From positions 3,680,001-3,744,000 of the forward strand of contig OY970309.1 in the NCBI GenBank assembly GCA_963716395.1: DNA of 64,000 nucleotides, given 5' to 3'. The notes beneath the pieces were generated by a model. It had not been told where the DNA came from and did not search any database. It worked only from the letters and a program-made list of their open reading frames with translations. Shown in pieces: positions 56,993 through 64,000 of this stretch. The position numbers were made by a program, and so were the translations under genes. Origin of the DNA: an uncultured Fibrobacteria bacterium. GTDB taxonomy: Bacteria; Fibrobacterota; Fibrobacteria; UBA11236. How positions within the stretch are numbered: position 1 is the stretch's first letter; each line of letters opens with the position of its first letter.

Positions 56993-57006
56993 ATTAATAG
57001 ACAATT
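56967..57006 (+). promoter_or_regulatory. Sigma-70 promoter with overlapping palindromic operator upstream of the brx gene
   Basis: TTGACT-N17-TAAATT; inverted repeat TATTAA-A-TTAATA (56987-56999) covers the -10. Confidence 0.55.
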
Positions 57007-57068
57007 ATAAAGCATTAGTATGAATTGAGTTACACGCTTTTCGTTAATGCTTTAAGGAGTGAACTATT

Positions 57069-57488
57069 ATGATGTACGATGAAGAAATGATTGCCCCCAT
57101 GCGACAAGAACTGACCGACTTGGGTTTCATCGAAACGCGCACGCCGCAAGAAGTGGATCGCTATTTGGCCACTCCCAAAGGCACCACCTTGCTGGTGGTG
57201 AATTCGGTGTGCGGTTGCGCGGCCGCCAATGCCCGTCCGGCCCTGGCGGTGGCCATGCACCAAGCCGCGAAAAAACCCGATCACGCCATCACGGTGTTCG
57301 CGGGCAATGATGGCGATGCCACCCAAAAGGCGCGCTCTTATTTGGCAGGCTATCCCCCGTCTTCACCCTCGATTGCCCTGTTCAAAGACGGCGAAGTGGC
57401 CTTCATGCTCGAACGCCATCAAATCGCCGGACGCGATGCCGAAGACATCGGCCGTGAGATCGTAACCGCGCTCAGCGAGTATTGCTGA
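57069..57488 (+). CDS. BrxA/BrxB family bacilliredoxin
   Basis: PMRQELT, VVNSVCGCAA (CGC), TVFAG, PSSPSIALFKDG, ERHQI; TAAGGAG SD. Confidence 0.92.
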   Translation: MMYDEEMIAPMRQELTDLGFIETRTPQEVDRYLATPKGTTLLVVNSVCGCAAANARPALAVAMHQAAKKPDHAITVFAGNDGDATQKARSYLAGYPPSSPSIALFKDGEVAFMLERHQIAGRDAEDIGREIVTALSEYC

Positions 57489-57511
57489 GCCCGGCTTCTC
57501 GCCGGGTTTAT
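57488..57511 (+). terminator. Putative intrinsic terminator
   Basis: AGCCCGGC-TTCTC-GCCGGGTT followed by TAT. Confidence 0.45.
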
Positions 57512-57531
57512 GCGGTCACCGGGCGGATTCG

Positions 57532-58182
57532 TCAGCCGGCGGCCGGCTTCTCGTGCAGCAGCAAATCCTGAAAACGCGTTGAGGCTGCACCCAGCCGAGT
57601 GCGCAAGGTTTCTAGACTCACCCGTTCTTCCGCCACGCTTTCGGTGATCACGCGGATTTCCATTCCGGGAATTTCGAGCTTTCGCAAGGCGCGATGAAAT
57701 CCCGCACCTTCCCAGGCATAGGCCAAGGCGCCGAAGCGTTCCCCCAATCTCCGTTTTTCCGCGGCATCGAAGCAATCGGCGTCAGCCGATAAAATGCGAC
57801 CCGCATGCAGCCAAGGCCGCGCAGCCGAGGCGGACAAAAATCCGGTGGGCCGGAACCGGGGCGGTGGGTTTGCTTCTGCGCCGGTTGAACGAAAATCGAT
57901 TTCCACGCATTCGGTATTCATCACGAACTCGCCGGGTTGCGGTTCCGAAGACAGCGCCGCAGCGGCGCCCGTCAAAATAATCCGGTCCGGCCGTACGGCT
58001 TCGCCCAAGCAGGCGCAGGCCAAGGCGGCTTCCACCTTGCCCTGGCCGCAAACCGCCGCGCTCCAAGCCGACGAAGCCGGGGCGAACATGCGATAGCCCT
58101 TCACCTGGTGCTCGCGAAGCTCCGCAGCGGCGCCAATCAGGGCGCGCAGTTCCGCGAAGAAGGGAAACAGGAATAAGGTCAA
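57532..58182 (-). CDS. PNP/MTA-SAH nucleosidase family protein (MtnN/MqnB-like)
   Basis: [31 protein letters not shown]; TTG overlaps the RidA-family gene stop. Confidence 0.7.
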   Translation of the reverse strand: MTLFLFPFFAELRALIGAAAELREHQVKGYRMFAPASSAWSAAVCGQGKVEAALACACLGEAVRPDRIILTGAAAALSSEPQPGEFVMNTECVEIDFRSTGAEANPPPRFRPTGFLSASAARPWLHAGRILSADADCFDAAEKRRLGERFGALAYAWEGAGFHRALRKLEIPGMEIRVITESVAEERVSLETLRTRLGAASTRFQDLLLHEKPAAG

Positions 58183-58637
58183 AGCACCTCGAATACGGCC
58201 GCGATTTCCACCGCGGCATCCAGCGGCAAGGCCGCCACGCCCACGGCCAGACGCGCATGTCGGCCGGCTTCGCCGAACACTTCGGCCAGAAGTTCCGAGG
58301 CGCCGTTCAACACCTGGGGCTGAGCGTGAAAGCCGGGCGCCGACTGCACAAAACCCTGGACTTGCACCACGCGCGTGATGGAATCCAGGGACAGGCCATT
58401 GGCTTCCATGACCGCCATCATGTTCAGAATACACAGACGGGCGGCGTCGCGCCCCTGCTCCAGGGAAACATTTTCGCCCAGCCGGCCCGTCACCGCCATG
58501 CTACCTTCGCGCCAGGGCAATTGGCCGGAAACGAATACCAAGGATCCGGTTCGCACCCAGGGAAGATAAACGCCCTGAGCCCGCGGCATTTCCGGCAAGG
58601 CCAAACCTAGTCGCCGAAGCTTTTCCACCGGAGTCAT
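58179..58637 (-). CDS. RidA/YjgF family protein
   Basis: [38 protein letters not shown]. Confidence 0.92.
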   Translation of the reverse strand: MTPVEKLRRLGLALPEMPRAQGVYLPWVRTGSLVFVSGQLPWREGSMAVTGRLGENVSLEQGRDAARLCILNMMAVMEANGLSLDSITRVVQVQGFVQSAPGFHAQPQVLNGASELLAEVFGEAGRHARLAVGVAALPLDAAVEIAAVFEVL

Positions 58638-58721
58638 GCTGCAAAAATACCTTTGCGACCGTGCTTCCGGTCGTGCGGATCAACCGGGACTCCAGCTATT
58701 ATTTTGCTTCGATTCGATATC

Positions 58722-59522
58722 ATGCGCTTCCTCGACACGCATTGCCATCTCGACGATATTCTGGCCCGACTCGGCGTGGTCTCGTTCACCGAATTGCGGC
58801 ACCGCTTCTTTCCGCCCGAATTCGCGGGTTGCGTGACCATTTCCTGCGACCCGGATTCGGTCGAGCCCACCCTCACCTTGCTGGCCGAAGATCGCGTGTT
58901 CGGAGCGTTCGGAATCCATCCGCATGAAGCCGAACGGTATACGCCTGAAATCGCGGCCCGCATTGAGGCAGCCCTGCGTCATCCCCGTTGCGTGGCCTAT
59001 GGAGAGATCGGCTTGGACTACCATTACGACCACGCGCCGCGCGCCCTCCAACAACAGGTTTTTATCCGTCAAATCGAGGCCGGCGTCGCGGCCGGAAAGC
59101 CGCTCATCATCCACACGCGCGAGGCCGAAGCCGATACGCTGGCCATTCTGCGCGCGCATGCGCCGGCCGATTGGCCCATGCATGTGCATTGCTTCACGTC
59201 TTCGCAGGATTTGGCCGCCGACCTGTTGGCCGATTTTTCCCGCCTTTGCATCGGCTTCACCGGCATCGTGACCTTCAAAAACGCCGAAGCCGTGCGCGAC
59301 GTGGTACGCAACGTTCCCGTGGAAAGGATGTTGGTGGAAACCGACGGCCCGTATCTGGCTCCCAATCCTTACCGTGGCCAGGTCGCGCATCCGGGTCATA
59401 TTCCTCTTATCATCGCCAAGCTGGCTGAAATCAAAGGGGAAAGCACCGCTTCCCTGGCGGAGATTTTATGCGAAAACGCCCGTCAACTTTATAAGCTGCC
59501 GGCGGAAATCGCGACCGAATAA
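58722..59522 (+). CDS. tatD: TatD family hydrolase
   Basis: DTHCH, GIHPH, GEIGLDYHY, IIHTRE, HCFT, VETDGPYLAP. Confidence 0.94.
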   Translation: MRFLDTHCHLDDILARLGVVSFTELRHRFFPPEFAGCVTISCDPDSVEPTLTLLAEDRVFGAFGIHPHEAERYTPEIAARIEAALRHPRCVAYGEIGLDYHYDHAPRALQQQVFIRQIEAGVAAGKPLIIHTREAEADTLAILRAHAPADWPMHVHCFTSSQDLAADLLADFSRLCIGFTGIVTFKNAEAVRDVVRNVPVERMLVETDGPYLAPNPYRGQVAHPGHIPLIIAKLAEIKGESTASLAEILCENARQLYKLPAEIATE

Positions 59523-59556
59523 AACCGCTGGTTGAGAGATCCGCAAGCGAGGAATC

Positions 59557-59964
59557 TTAATTCGAGTTATCCCACTGTCCGTCCGGCTTGGTAGAGTCGG
59601 CCTTTTCCTCTTTATCGATCATTTGCTGCTGAATTTTATCATCGTTGATCTTCTGTTCCCATTCGGCCAGGCTTTGCCTGTACAGCTCGCGCTGCTGATC
59701 GATTTGGGTGTTCACTTCCTGCAATTTGCCCTGCACCAGGTCGCGTTCTTTTTCCATCCGGGGATCGCCGGGGTAGCGTTCGAGATTGTTCAATACGATG
59801 ACCAGCCGTTCCTGGTAATCGTCGCGTTTGTGTTCGAGTTTTTCCAGGCTTTGCTGTTCGTCGTTGACGCGGCTGCCATGATCGGTGAACGTGGCGCAAC
59901 CCCCGCCACAGAATGCCAAGATGGCCGCCGTCATCCACCTAACGGGAAAAGATGTCTTCTTCAT
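59557..59964 (-). CDS. Hypothetical coiled-coil lipoprotein
   Basis: Signal peptide ending GGG|C; charged coiled-coil body. Confidence 0.65.
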   Translation of the reverse strand: MKKTSFPVRWMTAAILAFCGGGCATFTDHGSRVNDEQQSLEKLEHKRDDYQERLVIVLNNLERYPGDPRMEKERDLVQGKLQEVNTQIDQQRELYRQSLAEWEQKINDDKIQQQMIDKEEKADSTKPDGQWDNSN

Positions 59965-60835
59965 AACGGTACAAGGTGATGGGTTGATCCTCGTTCTGCG
60001 TGGTGTCGTGCAATACGATATGCCCGGTTTCGGAGATGGATTCGAAACAAGGCAAGCCGGTACTGCGTTCCAGCGAGAAATGGCGAATGCCGTCCACGCG
60101 TCCGGGCTTCCAGGTTGCGTGCTTCCAAGCCCGATTCTTGGAGGCGCTGTAAAAAAACTGTTCGACCAGAAGCGGCAGGGAATCGCTGCGGTGATAATAG
60201 GTGTCGTATTCCAGGCACGAAAGCTTCAGGCGCGGCCTGGGTCCCTGGTACCTGGCCGAATCGAGAGTCAGGGTTTCCAGGCTTTTATTGATGCTATCCA
60301 CCGGGATCGGCATCTGGAGCGGCAAGGGACCCTGCGGCAATAGACGGCGCAGGCGGAACACATCGCGCCGCTCGGCCTGAAAGCGCGCGGTATCGCTCAT
60401 GCGCAGCAATTCTTCGCGGTAACTTTCGCGTTGCGGAATGCGGCGCAATACGGCGTAGAGCGAATCATATCCGGTAATGCGGTACGGCACGCCGTTGGAA
60501 CCCAACCACATGTCGAGATTGACTTTTTTCTCCAACTCGTTGGGCATGGAATTTTTGTGGTAGCCCCGGCCATTCAGGGTGTCGAGCCGGCGCTGCACCA
60601 GGTATCCGTCGCCCTGCTTTTTCCAAATCCAGGTCCACTGGGTTTGAAACATGGTGCCGGGTATCTCGCGGTCATCTCCCAGTTGCGAGGAGTAGGCCCC
60701 CATGTGGTTCACGGTCAGCACGGCCGACGCCGGCGGCACGGGGTGATAATCGACCTGTCCACAACTCCACAATAACATCGCGCCGACGGGCAGAACGGCG
60801 AATCGGAACCGGGAAGAACGCACGGGAGACTGCAT
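59939..60835 (-). CDS. Hypothetical lipoprotein
   Basis: Lipobox LWS|C; beta-rich body. Confidence 0.7.
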   Translation of the reverse strand: MQSPVRSSRFRFAVLPVGAMLLWSCGQVDYHPVPPASAVLTVNHMGAYSSQLGDDREIPGTMFQTQWTWIWKKQGDGYLVQRRLDTLNGRGYHKNSMPNELEKKVNLDMWLGSNGVPYRITGYDSLYAVLRRIPQRESYREELLRMSDTARFQAERRDVFRLRRLLPQGPLPLQMPIPVDSINKSLETLTLDSARYQGPRPRLKLSCLEYDTYYHRSDSLPLLVEQFFYSASKNRAWKHATWKPGRVDGIRHFSLERSTGLPCFESISETGHIVLHDTTQNEDQPITLYRYEEDIFSR

Positions 60836-60878
60836 CGGGGTCTGGGGATAATTGGGGATAAAGATAATTGCGCCGGGA

Positions 60879-61364
60879 TCAGCTGGACGGTGGTTTCAAA
60901 TGCTCCGGAAGCTTATCGGCATGCAAGTGCGCCACAGGCCACACCCGCAGATAGGCCAGGTCTTCGTCGACGCCATCGACCACGGCATATTCGCGATAGT
61001 TTCCAGCTGCAACCCAAGCCAGGCTTTGGTGTTCGCGATTTAAGCACGGTTCTCCGCGAATCCATTCAAACAGAAACAAATACACGGCATAGACGCCCCC
61101 ATACCAGGTATCGCGCACCGGGCCGACCCTGCGGCGCATTTGTAACAGCAACCCTTCCCCCAATTCTTCGCGCAACTCGCGTTGCATGGCAGCTTCGGGC
61201 GACTCGCCACCGCGCAAGTGGCCGCCGGGAAAACCCCAAAGCCCGGGCGCAAAATCGTCGTCGGCCGACCGCCGCAACAGCAGCACCTCGTTGCGTGGGT
61301 TGCGGATCACCGCCAGGCAAAAGCGCGCCTTAAGCGGCGGAGTGTTCATGACACCAATTTTCAT
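60879..61364 (-). CDS. Nudix hydrolase
   Basis: Nudix box GGHLRGGESPEAAMQRELREELG. Confidence 0.9.
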   Translation of the reverse strand: MKIGVMNTPPLKARFCLAVIRNPRNEVLLLRRSADDDFAPGLWGFPGGHLRGGESPEAAMQRELREELGEGLLLQMRRRVGPVRDTWYGGVYAVYLFLFEWIRGEPCLNREHQSLAWVAAGNYREYAVVDGVDEDLAYLRVWPVAHLHADKLPEHLKPPSS

Positions 61365-62277
61365 AGCGCGCGAGAATTTCGTCCCTGGTGACTTCGAGAC
61401 CGATGGGTTGAGTCACCAGCCCGCGTCGCGCCATGCCCCGAAAATAGGTCTCCTGGCGTTTGGCCAAAAGTTGTATCGCATGTCCCAGGCCCGTCGTCAT
61501 GTCCGCAAAATCCCTTTCGCCGCGCAAGTGGGCGGCGACATGACGGTATTCCATTCCGAGCTGATCGAGTCGCTCCCAGGACAAACCGCGTGCGCGCAAT
61601 CCCTGCACTTCGTCCACCAAACCTGCCTGGAGCCGCGCCTGCAGGCGGCATGCGATGCGATCATGCAGCGTGGCGCGAGCAGCCTGGGTCACCAGCAGCA
61701 GCGGCCGCAAGGTCCAGGTCGGCCGCGCGCGTTCGGGCAAGGCTTTGGGATCGGAATGCATCGCAATTTCCAGCGACCGCACCACGCGCTTTTTGCTGGA
61801 AAGATCGGTGCGGGCATAACGCTCGGGTGAGCGGCGGCGCAGCGCTTCGCGCAATGTCTCAATATCGCCTTGCATCAAGCCGGCGCGCAAAGTTGCATCT
61901 TCGGGCACGGCGGGAATTTCATAATGCCGCAGCACGGCTTCGAGGTACAGGCCGGTACCGCCGGCGAGAACAGGCGGTACCTGGACACCCCGCCGTCGCC
62001 GAAAATCTTCGAGGGCCGCGTAACAATCGCCTTGAAAACGATAGAGGCCGTAAATTTCGGATGGATCTGCGACGTCGATCAAATGGTACGGCACACCGGA
62101 TGCGCCTTGCCGGTATTCCTCTAGGTCTTTACCCGTGCCCAGATCGAGGGCGCGGTAAACCTGGCGCGAGTCCATGGAAAAAATTTCCGAACCCAAGGCC
62201 CGGGCCACTTGCACGGCCAAGGCCGTCTTCCCTGTGGCCGTGGGACCGGCAATGACGATGCAGGGCCATTCAGCCAT
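61330..62277 (-). CDS. miaA: tRNA dimethylallyltransferase MiaA (GTGKDL-type paralog)
   Basis: GPTATGKT, DSRQVY, GTGKDLEEY, YHLID, GGTGLY, AKRQETYFR. Confidence 0.88.
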   Translation of the reverse strand: MAEWPCIVIAGPTATGKTALAVQVARALGSEIFSMDSRQVYRALDLGTGKDLEEYRQGASGVPYHLIDVADPSEIYGLYRFQGDCYAALEDFRRRRGVQVPPVLAGGTGLYLEAVLRHYEIPAVPEDATLRAGLMQGDIETLREALRRRSPERYARTDLSSKKRVVRSLEIAMHSDPKALPERARPTWTLRPLLLVTQAARATLHDRIACRLQARLQAGLVDEVQGLRARGLSWERLDQLGMEYRHVAAHLRGERDFADMTTGLGHAIQLLAKRQETYFRGMARRGLVTQPIGLEVTRDEILARYENWCHEHSAA

Positions 62278-63451
62278 GCGCCAAGGCCCTCAAGACCGCT
62301 TCGCTGAGTTGCAGGGCGTCGCCGGCGTCGTGTCCCAGAAAAGCCACGCCATGCCGGCGCGCACCCGACAACGGCGTCAGCCAAAACGCGCCGCGGCGGG
62401 CTTCGGAGTCAAAGTGCAGCGCGCCCAGGGTTTTCCGCAAGGCCGCATAGTGGCTCGGAACCGGGGCATAAGCGGCCGGCCATTGGCAAACCAGCACGGC
62501 CCGATCCGGAAAGCGGTGGAACAGACCATGCGCGGGATAGGCCATGGAACAGCGCGCGTTCAAATCCACCAGCGGGCGTAACCGCAATGCTTCGCCCTCG
62601 CGCTGCGCGTAAACGTCCATGCCCACGGGTCCAAAATAGCCTTCGCGGTGCAGGCGCTGCGCCACCGCCGCCGCGGCCTTTTCCACCTGCGGCCGCCAGG
62701 GCGCAAACGCGGCATCGTCGCCAATGCGCAACGCTCCGGCATAGCCGCCGCCGCGGCGCGTCAGCAACCGATGTTGGGCCAAGGTCGAAGTTTCACCGTC
62801 GTCGTCAAGCAAAAACAAAACCCCGAACTCCACCGCGATTTCCTGCTCGGGTTCAAGCGCCATGCCCGCATGATCGCGGATTAGCCGGCGCAGCTTTTCC
62901 ATTTTGTCCTCCGCAAGCAGCGGCGTGGCGAAGCGCATCTGGGCAATGCCCGCATGGCCGAAATTTCCCTTGGCCACCCATCGGCCCGGCGGAGCATCCC
63001 GAAGCCAGCGTTCCCAGGCCTCGGCGTCGGCGCAAAAAAACGAGGGCGGAGAATGGTCGGGGAACAATTCTTGTTCCAATTGCCGGCTGAAAGCCCGGCT
63101 GTTCACGCGCGCCACTACGTCAGGCGCCGGATGCGGCTCGGGTCGAAGCATGGCGGCATTGCGTGACATCGCGTCACGGTTCCACCCAAAAGCAGTGAAC
63201 CGAAAGCGAGGGTCCGAAGTCACGGCGAATTGCGGAAGCCCGAGACGTAATCCGGTCAGATACTCCAAATACTCCGGCGCGGGCGGAGACGAAACCAAGA
63301 GGCGATCGCCGTCATTCAGCGCGGGCCAAAAATGCCAGGCCATGGCGCGGGCCAACGCCTGGGCGCGCGGCGATGCAAAGTCGGGACGGGCCAAGGTGAG
63401 ATCGAATTCGGCGTTACAATACCATTCGCGGCTCGCCGACGGCGGATATAT
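62270..63451 (-). CDS. Uncharacterised ATP-grasp fold protein (start codon uncertain)
   Basis: WVAKGNFGHAG, LEPE, GYFGPVGMD, VDLNARCSM follow ATP-grasp motifs; the 5' ORF extension to 63634 overlaps a divergent gene. Confidence 0.7.
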   Translation of the reverse strand: MYPPSASREWYCNAEFDLTLARPDFASPRAQALARAMAWHFWPALNDGDRLLVSSPPAPEYLEYLTGLRLGLPQFAVTSDPRFRFTAFGWNRDAMSRNAAMLRPEPHPAPDVVARVNSRAFSRQLEQELFPDHSPPSFFCADAEAWERWLRDAPPGRWVAKGNFGHAGIAQMRFATPLLAEDKMEKLRRLIRDHAGMALEPEQEIAVEFGVLFLLDDDGETSTLAQHRLLTRRGGGYAGALRIGDDAAFAPWRPQVEKAAAAVAQRLHREGYFGPVGMDVYAQREGEALRLRPLVDLNARCSMAYPAHGLFHRFPDRAVLVCQWPAAYAPVPSHYAALRKTLGALHFDSEARRGAFWLTPLSGARRHGVAFLGHDAGDALQLSEAVLRALAHG

Positions 63452-63463
63452 AACTTGTGGGCC

Positions 63464-63979
63464 GTGCGCCGGATCGTTTTGCTTTTGGCCTTGCTCCCGC
63501 TCGCTTTGCTGTGGGGCTGCGCTGCGTGGCCTCGCCCCTCCGACTGGAAACACTGCCGCTTCGAAGTCGCCGCCTTGCAATTCGAAGGCTGGCAAAAAAA
63601 CCAAACCGAATGGAAGCTGGCTTTGGCCGTGCATAATCCCAATCCGCGCCCGTTACACCTCGAGGGATTGAGGCTGTTCGCGCTGCACGATCAAGATACC
63701 CTGGCCACCTTGCGCAGCGTGAAGCCGTTGGATTTGCCGCCGCAAGATTCGGCGCGCGTCGAGTTGCAAGTCGACCTTCCCGACGCGGCCTGGAAGCAGG
63801 TGCTGGCCACGCGCGGCGGCCCGGCGCATATCACCGTGGTGGGCGACGCCTTCTTTCACACGCTGTTCGGAGTGCGGAAATATGCCGGGGCCCTGCACAA
63901 AACCTATGATGTCGATTTAGCTTCGGTTTTGAACGGCTTCGGCGGCAGGCTGTTTGAAAATTTTTTGTTTTCGCACTGA
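63464..63979 (+). CDS. LEA type 2 (WHy) family lipoprotein
   Basis: Lipobox LWG|C; LALAVHNPNPRPLHL motif. Confidence 0.75.
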   Translation: MRRIVLLLALLPLALLWGCAAWPRPSDWKHCRFEVAALQFEGWQKNQTEWKLALAVHNPNPRPLHLEGLRLFALHDQDTLATLRSVKPLDLPPQDSARVELQVDLPDAAWKQVLATRGGPAHITVVGDAFFHTLFGVRKYAGALHKTYDVDLASVLNGFGGRLFENFLFSH

Positions 63980-64000
63980 GCCTACCTGCAATTATCGGGG

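Noticed and set aside
60879-61364. Nudix gene as IPP isomerase (idi)
   Set aside because: It lacks the catalytic Cys motif of type-1 Idi and has a standard Nudix box.

Overview
GC-rich bacterial chromosomal segment from a diderm (it carries LptF/G, BamD, CpoB and a secretin). It is probably Fibrobacterota or a related FCB lineage; this is inferred from gene content only. Most of the window is housekeeping genes: purQ/purL/purC/purH, rho, gatB, trmB, der-plsY, futalosine-type menaquinone genes, greB, def, tadA, nadD, trmFO, tatD and a miaA-like gene. It also has three tRNAs (Pro-CGG, Arg-CCT, Phe-GAA) and an SRP RNA downstream of tadA that the ORF track cannot show. I found no integrase, transposase, CRISPR array or rRNA. 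Points of most interest: (i) a T2SS/type IV pilus-like operon whose GspJ-like pseudopilin carries two EF-hand-type loops, with a long hairpin and 12-bp repeats before gspE; (ii) an ATP-grasp / atypical MiaA / Nudix operon with overlapping genes; (iii) an envelope-peptide cluster comprising a beta-barrel-SppA fusion, an exported TldD/TldE pair, MpaA, an Ala-Glu epimerase and a Ser-less ACP-like protein; (iv) two divergent Amt transporters without glnK; (v) repeated TANNNT boxes 6-9 nt before start codons, suggesting leaderless mRNAs; and (vi) two homopolymer frameshifts that may be assembly errors. All annotations come from motif recognition by eye; no database searches were run.
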